NCBI GenBank assembly: GCA_034440375.1 | Contig: JAWXBZ010000166.1 | Location: 1-20,779 of the forward strand | DNA: 20,779 nucleotides | Direction of reading: 5' to 3' | Source: Candidatus Eiseniibacteriota bacterium | Lineage (GTDB): Bacteria; Eisenbacteria; RBG-16-71-46; JABDJR01; JAWXBZ01 | Shown: piece by piece, positions 8,482 to 16,086 of the stretch | How positions within the stretch are numbered: the first letter of the stretch is position 1 | Layout: every line of letters begins with the position of its first letter | Notes under the pieces: model-generated | The model's input: only the letters and a program-made list of their open reading frames with translations | What the model was told of the DNA's origin: nothing | Databases searched by the model: none | Program-made: the position numbers and the translations under genes

Positions 8482-9352
8482 TGACCGTCACCTCGTCCCC
8501 CGTGGGCTTCTGCGCCCCCCGGGAGAGGCCGATCCACCGGTGAGCGGAGCCGCCCCCTGGCAGCCACGGCAGCGGCTTTCCAAGGGTCACCGGTGTGAAA
8601 AACTGTTTGACGATCCGGTCTTCGCCGGAGTGGTAGGCAATGACCACCGCCCGGCCTCCCGGATTCAGCATCGCCTCGAGACCGGCCAGGCCCGCCCTCA
8701 AGGAATCAAATTCGTCGTTCACGGCGATGCGCAGCGCCTGGAATATCCGGGACAACTCCTCCGGCCGACCGGCGCCGACCGAACTGGCGGCCCGGACGAG
8801 TTCGAAGGTCGTGACCAAAGGACGCCTGGCCAGGATGGATCGGACCAGGGCTCTTGGCCGCCGCACGTCGCCGTACTCCCCGAAGATCCGGATCAACTCC
8901 ATCTCGGGAAGCTCATTCACGAGATCCGCGGCGTCGGGATGGCCCCCCGGCTCCATGGCCAGGGAAAGCGGCCCGTCGACGCGGTAGGAAAAACCGGCGT
9001 CGGGTTGATCAAGCTGTTCCGAGGACACCCCGAGATCCATGAGGACCCCGTCCACCCCACCACGAGGTGTCCCACCGCCACCCACGAGCGGCAGGACCAC
9101 CTCGGCCATCGACCGAAAGTTGGACTGCCGCAGAATGACCCGCTCCCCGAAGCGGGCCAGGTACTCCTGTGCGCGCTCGAGTGCGCGCGCGTCCCGATCC
9201 AGACCGATCAGGCGTCCCTCCGGCCCCAGGGCATCGAGCAGGGCTGCGGCATGACCGCCTGATCCGACCGTGGCATCGACCACGATTCGGGCTCCCCCAG
9301 CAACCAGGTGCTGGATGACTTCCCGGACCATGACCGGCTGGTGACGATCCAC
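8312..9352 (-). CDS. rsmH: 16S rRNA m4C1402 methyltransferase RsmH (MraW); C-terminus atypical
   Basis: HQPVM, DATVGSGGHA (SAM-binding), GLDRD, DLGVSSEQLD, FQALRIAVNDE, YHSGEDRIVK; GTG start. The end coordinate is uncertain (see findings). Confidence 0.92.
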   Translation of the reverse strand: MDRHQPVMVREVIQHLVAGGARIVVDATVGSGGHAAALLDALGPEGRLIGLDRDARALERAQEYLARFGERVILRQSNFRSMAEVVLPLVGGGGTPRGGVDGVLMDLGVSSEQLDQPDAGFSYRVDGPLSLAMEPGGHPDAADLVNELPEMELIRIFGEYGDVRRPRALVRSILARRPLVTTFELVRAASSVGAGRPEELSRIFQALRIAVNDEFDSLRAGLAGLEAMLNPGGRAVVIAYHSGEDRIVKQFFTPVTLGKPLPWLPGGGSAHRWIGLSRGAQKPTGDEVTVNVRSPEARPWGGVVSKRLGVGRDNAGRAVVHRNERGVAKGPVRGGGADVLGPRDPT

Positions 9353-9365
9353 GGTTTTGTTTCCC

Positions 9366-9434
9366 GGTCCTGCCGATTGCCGCCCTTGGATCGCGAAACC
9401 TCACCTCGTCACGCGATCTGCAACCGACAGGACC
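9366..9434 (-). other. Long RNA hairpin in the mraZ-rsmH spacer
   Basis: mRNA GGUCCUGUCGGUUGC pairs with GCAAUCGGCAGGACC (15/15, two G-U); inner GAUCGCG/CGCGAUC is a perfect 7-bp stem. No U-tract follows. Confidence 0.7.
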
Positions 9435-9448
9435 CGTTGTTGACTGTG

Positions 9449-9979
9449 TTACTCTTCCGATTCATCCGAGGCCAGCGCATCGCGCTGATCACGGACGATC
9501 AAGGTCGCCTTCTGCATGATGGGCCCGACGCCGACCAGGGTTTCCTCGTAGGTGGGCGTTCCCTCCTCGCGGAGGTAACTGCTCCAACCTTCGGGGCTCC
9601 ATAGTTCCATGCGGTCGAGGGCTCCGGTCAGAACGGCGTTCGAGCGTATTCCGGAGTACTCGAGCAAGGATGTCGAGAGGGTGATGCGACTCTGGTTGTC
9701 CAGTTGCAGGTCTTCGGTGGAGGCCAGAAGCCGCCGCGTACCCCGCCGGATATCGGGGTCGGTCATCTCCGCGAGCAGGAGTTCGCGTTCGAAGACCTTC
9801 CACCAGTCCAGCGGATAAAAAGAGAGGCACTTTTCGAGACCATGAACCGCCACTACAGTTCGCTTGGCCCGGGGGGTCAGGGCTTTTGCAAACCGAGACG
9901 GCACCGTAAGCCGTCTCTTTTGATCCACGGTGCATTGAAAAGTGCCCCTGAAAGTCGTTTCCGGGAATTCCTGATTCAC
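9449..9979 (-). CDS. mraZ: Division/cell-wall cluster transcriptional regulator MraZ
   Basis: FRGTFQCTVDQKRRLTVPSRF and LDNQSRITLS (two DxxxR SpoVT/AbrB-type repeats), GLEKCLSFYP, GALDRMELWS; first gene of the dcw cluster. Start trimmed to GTG 9979, since the ORF-track extension to 10111 runs through the predicted promoter. Confidence 0.93.
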   Translation of the reverse strand: MNQEFPETTFRGTFQCTVDQKRRLTVPSRFAKALTPRAKRTVVAVHGLEKCLSFYPLDWWKVFERELLLAEMTDPDIRRGTRRLLASTEDLQLDNQSRITLSTSLLEYSGIRSNAVLTGALDRMELWSPEGWSSYLREEGTPTYEETLVGVGPIMQKATLIVRDQRDALASDESEE

Positions 9980-10014
9980 CTGGGGTCCCCGCTCGCATGA
10001 CCGACTAGGGTGAC

Positions 10015-10060
10015 GGCTCCGATCCCCACCCTTTTCAGGGTTTTCGTGGGAATCTGAACC
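10015..10060 (-). other. Hairpin in the predicted mraZ 5' leader
   Basis: GGUUCAGAUUCCCAC pairs with GUGGGGAUCGGAGCC (14/15, two G-U), capped by an A-rich bulge and a CCU-GAAA-AGG GNRA tetraloop. Confidence 0.6.
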
Positions 10061-10068
10061 ACGGCCGC

Positions 10069-10107
10069 AATCTACCACCAGCAAAGCCGTTTGCAAGTAC
10101 TTTTTTT
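10069..10107 (-). promoter_or_regulatory. Putative sigma70-type promoter of the dcw cluster
   Basis: Minus strand: A7 tract (UP-like), TTGCAA (10096-10091), 16-bp spacer ending in TGG, TAGATT (10074-10069), giving an extended -10. It lies in the most AT-rich part of the window. Confidence 0.6.
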
Positions 10108-10148
10108 CCATGGATTAGGCGATTCAAACCTGGTCATATCGATAAATA

Positions 10149-11720
10149 ATGAATAATCTCGATAAAAAAGCAAGTTCACTGATGCCGATCCTGTTACTCA
10201 TTGTCTATCTTATAGTTACCGGCTTCTCCTTGAACCGCTATCCGCTTGTTTGGGTAGATGAAGGTTGGATCGGCGAGGTGGCGGCCCAGGCTGCCAGGGG
10301 CCTCCCACTCGGAAGTCCTTCACACGGAACGCTTTATCGCTACGAAGATCGCATTTTTTGGATGCCCCCACTCTATTTCTATGAATTGGGGGGCGTGTTT
10401 CGACTTGCCGGTGTCGATCTTTTGGTGGGTCGGTGGTTCAATGTTTTTATCGGTGGGTTGTCGACCCTGGCGCTGTTCGCGTTCCTGCGCCGACGCGTTG
10501 CTGTCGGTGCGGCCCTGTCGGCGGCACTCTTCTTTGCTTTTGACACGTTCGTATGGAAGACGCACCGGACGATTCGATTCGAGTCGCTGCTGACATTGTT
10601 CGGGGTTCTACTGTTCATTTCCGTCATTGTGGCATTGGAACGTGAGGAGTCCGCGCGCCCGGCGAGCGGTGCGTGGGTGGCTGCCGGCCTGATCGCGGGG
10701 CTTGCGCTCAACGTGCATCCCAACGCAATTCTTCTGATCACGGCCATGCTGGTCATGGCAACCGTCCGCCGCGGTTGGTCACTGTTCCGCCGGCCAGGAC
10801 CATGGCTGGCACTGACGGTGGCCTTCTCATTGGCGCTCCCCTATCTGCTCTACCTGTGGAGCGACTCGGTAACCGGATTCGCCAACGTGATCGGCCAGAA
10901 CTCCTTTCACCTCGACCATGGGGTGACGGAGGGGTGGGCGCCGCTTCGTGAATGGAGACGCTGGTCCGACTTCTTCGTTTTGCCGTGGCGCTTGCCGATG
11001 CTCGCCGCCTGGCTGACGCTCATCGGACTGGCGCTCATGCGCGCGGCTGGTGGCTGGGTGGCGCGCGGGACTTTTGCTGGAAGCCGACCGGCAGTGCCTG
11101 CGGCCGATGACGCGGCGGTCGGCGCGAGGCACCACCTCCTGGTGTCGGCCCTGACCGTCCTCGGTGTCTTCGTGACCCTGCTCCTGTTTCTGCCGAACAA
11201 GACGCTGCTCTATCTCGCTTCGGCCGCACCCTTCGTGGCGGTTCTGGGAGCCGCGTTGTGGCATGGGGAAGCGTTCGTGCGCTGGCCACGCCTTCTGGCT
11301 CGCCTGGCATTGACCGGTGGCATCATTGCCTCCCTCGCGGTCAATGCCGGGCTGGTGTGGCGTCATCGCGACTGCCATGCCGCGAAGGATCTGGAAAGAA
11401 TTCGGGCCGCGATCGCCCCGGAGGAACGGGTGGCCGGAACGTTCGTCACCTGGTGGGCCACGCAGCCCCGGAGCGCGACCCTTCCGCCACGGCCGTTCCA
11501 CGAATTCAGCCGCGGTGCTTCACTGGAAGCCGTCCAACGCTTCGGCGCCACGTCCATCCTGCTCGGCGACCGTCAGTGGCAGCAGGAAGTGTCAACCCGT
11601 TTCGCGCCGCTGAATCGGGAGCTGATCGGGAGTGGCGGGCCGCTCATTGACACGACGCCCACGCTGGAGATGCCGGAGTCGTGCCTTGGACCGGTACGAC
11701 TCTATTCGCTCGAACGGTGA
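10149..11720 (+). CDS. GT-C superfamily membrane glycosyltransferase (ArnT/PMT_2, GT39/GT83-like)
   Basis: First TM helix followed by the acidic DE motif (WVDEGW), then WMPPLYF, GRWFNV, IRFES and VHPNA; many TM segments and a soluble C-terminal domain. The start could be ATG 10182. Substrate unknown. Confidence 0.8.
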   Translation: MNNLDKKASSLMPILLLIVYLIVTGFSLNRYPLVWVDEGWIGEVAAQAARGLPLGSPSHGTLYRYEDRIFWMPPLYFYELGGVFRLAGVDLLVGRWFNVFIGGLSTLALFAFLRRRVAVGAALSAALFFAFDTFVWKTHRTIRFESLLTLFGVLLFISVIVALEREESARPASGAWVAAGLIAGLALNVHPNAILLITAMLVMATVRRGWSLFRRPGPWLALTVAFSLALPYLLYLWSDSVTGFANVIGQNSFHLDHGVTEGWAPLREWRRWSDFFVLPWRLPMLAAWLTLIGLALMRAAGGWVARGTFAGSRPAVPAADDAAVGARHHLLVSALTVLGVFVTLLLFLPNKTLLYLASAAPFVAVLGAALWHGEAFVRWPRLLARLALTGGIIASLAVNAGLVWRHRDCHAAKDLERIRAAIAPEERVAGTFVTWWATQPRSATLPPRPFHEFSRGASLEAVQRFGATSILLGDRQWQQEVSTRFAPLNRELIGSGGPLIDTTPTLEMPESCLGPVRLYSLER

Positions 11721-11754
11721 TGGGTCAGCGCCCGTGCAAGGCCGAACCACCCCT

Positions 11755-11782
11755 TTCTAAACCCCTGCCCCGCTGGTACCTT
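11755..11782 (+). promoter_or_regulatory. Possible promoter for the peptidase-mgtE genes
   Basis: TTCTAA-16 bp-(TGG)TACCTT has the same extended -10 geometry as the mraZ promoter candidate, but the -35 is weak. Confidence 0.3.
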
Positions 11783-11878
11783 GCCCGGCTCAAGCTGATC
11801 GTCGAAGCCGGCTCTGGACCGTCCGGGCCCCAGGCCCGGCGAATTCGGACCCGGGGTCATCGAAAAGGGGAAACCGGA

Positions 11879-14641
11879 ATGGCCGCCAGGGGCTGGAATC
11901 TAGATCGGGGAGCACGGCAACCGCCGGTGGCCACCGGCGTACTCAGCGCCCTGCTGACCGTCGGAACTCTGTTCGCAGCCACGCTCCACCTTGCGCCACC
12001 CGTTGCGGCCGCCCCTCCAGCCGGCTCAACTCCCGGCGAGCCAGCCCTCGACAACGACGACCGGCTCGATCTGCCGCTGAATCCGGGCGGCCAGTACCGC
12101 CCGGGCGTGCCGTCGCCGGAGGATTTTCTTGGCTGGCCGCTGGGCCAGCGCTTCACGCCGCACGCCCGGATCATCGACTACGTGACGAAGCTTGTCGAAA
12201 CGGGTGCCGACCGTTGCCGTTGGGAATCCTATGGGAAGACGTGGGAGGATCGACCGCTCGGCTATCTGGTGATCAGTTCCCCGGCCAACATGGCGCGATT
12301 GGAGGCCATCAAGACTTCCCTGGCCGGGTTGTCGGATCCAATGCGGACCTCGAAGAAGGCTGCGGTCAGGCTGGCCGCGGAGACGCCCGCCGTCGTCTGG
12401 CTCTCCTACAATGTACACGGTAGCGAGGCTTCGGCCAGCGAGGCCTCCATGGCCGTGGCCTACGAACTCGTCGGCGGCTCCGGGCCCGAAATTCTTTCGC
12501 TTCTCGACAGCCTCATCGTCATCATCGATCCCTGCCTGAATCCGGACGGCCGCGACCGCTATGTCTCCCGGCAGATCCAGGCGGTCGGTCGCCTGCCTGA
12601 CCCGAATGGCGCCACCTGGGAGCATGACGAACCCTGGCCGGGGGGACGGTACAATCACTATCTCTTCGACCTGAATCGTGACTGGGCCTGGCTGTCACAG
12701 CCGGAGAGCCGTGGCCGGGTGAGCGCCTATCGCCGGTGGCATCCTCAGGTTCACGTCGATTTTCACGAGATGTATCCCAACTCGAGCTATTTCTTCTTCC
12801 CGGCCGCGGAACCAATCCACGTCCATCTGCCCCGGCAGGTGCGTGTCTGGGCCGATATTTACGGCCGCGCCAATGCGGAGGCGTTCGACCGGCGTGGTTG
12901 GAGCTACTTCACGGCCGAGTCCTTCGACCTTCTTTACCCGGGGTATGGCGATTCATGGCCATCCATGCAGGGTGCCACGGGGATGACCTACGAGCAGGCC
13001 GGCCACGGACTTGCCGGCCGGGCTTATGAGCGCCCGGACGGTTCGATTCTTACGTTGCGTGAGCGGGTGCGCCACCATCTAGAGGCGTCGATGGCCACAC
13101 TGGCCACCACCCGCCGGCATCGCGCCGCCCGCCTGATGGACTTCCACGCGTACTTCGACGACGCGGTGAACAAACCATCGGATGCCGCAGAGGCTTACCT
13201 CCTGCCACCGGTCGCTGACGAAGGGCGGCGACGTGAGCTGGTGGAGTTGCTCCTGGCACACGGCATCCGGGTCGAGCGGGCCACCGGTGAGATCAAGGCC
13301 CCCGGCGCCAGGAACTACGACGGCGATCCGCTCCCCGCTTCGTTTCCAACCGGCACGTATGTCGTGCCCGGTCGCCAGCCGCTTGGTTTCCTGGCCCATG
13401 CGCTCCTGGAACCGGAGACCACGCTTCCCGAGACGCTGTTTTATGACGTCTCGGCCTGGTCGTTGCCACTGGCCTTCGGCCTCGACGCGGCCTGGAGCGA
13501 GAAAATGCCCTCCGGCCCCCGTGAGATCGTCACCACCCTCGAACCAGTGACCGGCGGGATCATCGATGGGCCGGCCCGTACCGGCTGGCTCATTCCCTGG
13601 GATCGCAACGCGGCGCCGAAGCTGCTGTTCCGGCTCCTTCAGAACGGCATCAAGGCCCGATTCGCCACCAAGCCGTTCGAAGTCGGCGGGCGCTATTACA
13701 AGCGGGGCACCATCCTGATTCCGGCGGGCGGCAATTCCGACTCGACGGCCGCGATCATCGACCGGGAGTCGCGCCTTGCCGGGGTCCCGGTGTATGCCGC
13801 GCTCACCGGACTCACGGGCACCGGAATCGATCTTGGTTCGGATCGAATGTTGCCGGTCAAGACACCGCGCGTGGCGATCGTGGCCGGCGACGGGGTCGAT
13901 CCCACCTCGTTTGGAGCGCTCTGGTTCCTGCTGGATCGTCGATACGAAATCAATTGTTCGATCATTCCGCTGGCCAGCCTGGGCTCATTCAACCTGGAAG
14001 GGTTCACGGCACTCATCTTTCCCGACGACGATTCCGGCGATGGTTCGACCTATGGCGGGCTGATCGACAGTCTCACCACGGACCGGATCGAACGATGGAC
14101 CCAAAGCGGTGGAACTTTCATCGGCCTCAAGGGGGGCGCCGGTTGGGCCACGGCCGACCACTCCGGTCTGACCAGCCTCGCGATCAAGGGTGAAGAGGAC
14201 GATGACGACAAGGACGACGAGGATGAAAAGGACGCCGACGAAGCCGACAAACTTCAGGAAAAATTCATGACCACCGACGAGCGCGAACGGAAACGAAGGA
14301 TCGAGGAGATCCCCGGCACCATTCTCCGCGTCGAACTCGATCCAGGGCACCCCCTGGCTTTTGGTTACGAGGGAAACACGCGGGTCTTCAAGTCGGGCGA
14401 TTTGATTTTCGAGCCGAGCGAGTCGGGCCGGAACGTGGCCTGGTATCCCCCGCTCGCCCGTGTCTCCGGGTACCTCTCGCTGGAGAACGAGGAACGGCTG
14501 GCCCGAACCCCCTTCCTTGCCGTGGAGCCCCTCGGACGGGGCCGATGCGTCCTGTACAACGAGGATCCCAATTTTCGACTCTTCTGGTTCGGCCTGAACC
14601 GGCTCTTCCTGAACAGTCTCTTCTTTGCCGGCGGATACTAG
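11879..14641 (+). CDS. Secreted M14-family zinc carboxypeptidase with a C-terminal class I glutamine amidotransferase-like domain
   Basis: Zn-ligand motifs NVHGSE (HxxE) and DFHEM, plus NPDGR, FDLNRD and TYEQAG. Signal-peptide-like N-terminus ending PPVAA; C-terminal WTQSGGTFIG and HPLAFGY segments. Start trimmed to ATG 11879 (AAGGGG SD). Confidence 0.85.
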   Translation: MAARGWNLDRGARQPPVATGVLSALLTVGTLFAATLHLAPPVAAAPPAGSTPGEPALDNDDRLDLPLNPGGQYRPGVPSPEDFLGWPLGQRFTPHARIIDYVTKLVETGADRCRWESYGKTWEDRPLGYLVISSPANMARLEAIKTSLAGLSDPMRTSKKAAVRLAAETPAVVWLSYNVHGSEASASEASMAVAYELVGGSGPEILSLLDSLIVIIDPCLNPDGRDRYVSRQIQAVGRLPDPNGATWEHDEPWPGGRYNHYLFDLNRDWAWLSQPESRGRVSAYRRWHPQVHVDFHEMYPNSSYFFFPAAEPIHVHLPRQVRVWADIYGRANAEAFDRRGWSYFTAESFDLLYPGYGDSWPSMQGATGMTYEQAGHGLAGRAYERPDGSILTLRERVRHHLEASMATLATTRRHRAARLMDFHAYFDDAVNKPSDAAEAYLLPPVADEGRRRELVELLLAHGIRVERATGEIKAPGARNYDGDPLPASFPTGTYVVPGRQPLGFLAHALLEPETTLPETLFYDVSAWSLPLAFGLDAAWSEKMPSGPREIVTTLEPVTGGIIDGPARTGWLIPWDRNAAPKLLFRLLQNGIKARFATKPFEVGGRYYKRGTILIPAGGNSDSTAAIIDRESRLAGVPVYAALTGLTGTGIDLGSDRMLPVKTPRVAIVAGDGVDPTSFGALWFLLDRRYEINCSIIPLASLGSFNLEGFTALIFPDDDSGDGSTYGGLIDSLTTDRIERWTQSGGTFIGLKGGAGWATADHSGLTSLAIKGEEDDDDKDDEDEKDADEADKLQEKFMTTDERERKRRIEEIPGTILRVELDPGHPLAFGYEGNTRVFKSGDLIFEPSESGRNVAWYPPLARVSGYLSLENEERLARTPFLAVEPLGRGRCVLYNEDPNFRLFWFGLNRLFLNSLFFAGGY

Positions 14642-14692
14642 GCCGACGAGCCCGGAGCCGGCCAATACCGGGCCGGCGGAGGACACCCTGTT

Positions 14693-16081
14693 GTGACGAC
14701 GCGCCCCGAGTTTGAATCCCATGCGTCGGGCCTCCTCTTTCCGGAGATCCGCGAAATTCTGCGCACGGCGCCCGGTGAACTGCCCGAGGTGACGGAGGAA
14801 CTGCATCCGGCCGACCTCGCGGACATGGTGACCCGGCTCGAAGAGAACGAAATCCGCATCTTCTTCTCGAATCTGCCGATCGACCGCGCGGCCGACGTGG
14901 CCGAGTACGTCGATTCCTCCCTTCGTGCCCATCTCGTCACCTCACTCGATCCGGACCGGGCGGCGCGAATCGTGTCCGCCATGAGTCCGGACGATCGGGC
15001 CGACATCCTGGCCGATATGGAGCCCGAGCCGGCCGCGGCAATCCTGGCCCGCATCGCCCTGCCGCAGCGCCGCGAGACGCAGCTCCTCATGCAGTACGAG
15101 CCGCACACGGCCGGCGGCATCATGACGACCCAGTTCGTCACGCTCCCCCTGGCCACGCGGGCCGACCATGCGCTAGCCCTGGTCAAGGCGGCCGCCCAGG
15201 AAAAGGAAACGATTTACACCATCTTCGTGATCGACCGGGAGGAAAAACTGACCGGCGTCGTCTCGCTCCGGGAACTCCTGGTGGCGGACCCGATTCAGCG
15301 ACTGGCCGACATCATGAACGAATCGGTCGTCTGGGTGACACCCGAGACCGACCAGGAGGAAGTGGCCCGGCTCATCTCAAAATACGACATCCTGGCCCTG
15401 CCGGTGGTCGACGAGGGGCGGTCGATGCTGGGGGTGATCACGGTCGATGACGTCATCGACGTTCTTGTTGCGGAAGGAACCGAGGACGCCCAGAAGATGG
15501 GTGCCGTCGCGCCGATCGAGGAGCCGTACCTGGTTGCCGGTTTCTGGGAGGTCGTTCGCAAAAGGGTGGTCTGGTTGATCGTGCTCTTTCTGGGCGGCCT
15601 CTTCACGGCCAGCGCGCTGGAACACTACGAGGGGGCCATCGCTTCCCTGTCAGCGCTGGTCCTTTTCATTCCCCTGATCCTGTCCACCGGGGGCAATTCG
15701 GGCAGTCAGTCGGCGACGCTCGTCATCCGGGCGCTGGCCACCGGCGAACTGAAGACCAACGAGTATATGCGGGTGCTGGTCCGCGAACTGATGGTCGGGA
15801 TCGCCCTCGGCGTCATCCTCGGCGCGATTGGCTACCTGAGGGCGTACCTGCTCCCCGGGAAGGGAAATACCGATCCGTCGGGCATTGCACTGGTCGTGGC
15901 GATCACGATCGTGGCCGTGGTGGTCAACGGCTGCGTGGTTGGCTCGCTCCTCCCTATCTTATTGAAGAAGATGAAGCTCGATCCGGCCCTCATGTCGGCG
16001 CCCTTCATCGCCAGCCTGATCGATGTGATGGGGATCATCGTCTACTTCAGCATCGCCAGTTCGCTGCTCCGGCTGGGATAG
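14693..16081 (+). CDS. mgtE: Magnesium transporter MgtE
   Basis: N-domain LHPADLAD, TAGGIMT, two CBS domains (GVVSLRELL; GVITVDDVID), TM motifs GGNSGSQSATLVIRALATGE and DPALMSAPFIASLIDVMG. GGAGGA SD before the GTG start. Confidence 0.96.
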   Translation: MTTRPEFESHASGLLFPEIREILRTAPGELPEVTEELHPADLADMVTRLEENEIRIFFSNLPIDRAADVAEYVDSSLRAHLVTSLDPDRAARIVSAMSPDDRADILADMEPEPAAAILARIALPQRRETQLLMQYEPHTAGGIMTTQFVTLPLATRADHALALVKAAAQEKETIYTIFVIDREEKLTGVVSLRELLVADPIQRLADIMNESVVWVTPETDQEEVARLISKYDILALPVVDEGRSMLGVITVDDVIDVLVAEGTEDAQKMGAVAPIEEPYLVAGFWEVVRKRVVWLIVLFLGGLFTASALEHYEGAIASLSALVLFIPLILSTGGNSGSQSATLVIRALATGELKTNEYMRVLVRELMVGIALGVILGAIGYLRAYLLPGKGNTDPSGIALVVAITIVAVVVNGCVVGSLLPILLKKMKLDPALMSAPFIASLIDVMGIIVYFSIASSLLRLG

Positions 16082-16086
16082 TCACA

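Noticed and set aside
8488..9410. 10-bp repeat TCACCTCGTC at 8488-8497 and 9401-9410 flanking most of rsmH
   Set aside because: Too short to exceed chance, and there is no mobile-element context.
209..9818. Long plus-strand ORFs antisense to the dcw genes (e.g. 549-1934, 4234-5997, 5873-6901, 8390-9262)
   Set aside because: Shadow ORFs expected from high-GC codon bias. They have no recognisable motifs and lie opposite well-supported essential genes.
1039..11416. GCGATCGC (HIP1-like) octamers at 1039, 4537, 4801 and 11409
   Set aside because: Few copies, all inside CDSs and explicable by codon usage in GC-rich DNA.
11681..11878. 66-aa N-terminal extension of the M14 peptidase in the ORF track
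   Set aside because: It overlaps the upstream gene and a promoter-like sequence, while ATG 11879 has an SD and gives a signal-peptide-like N-terminus.
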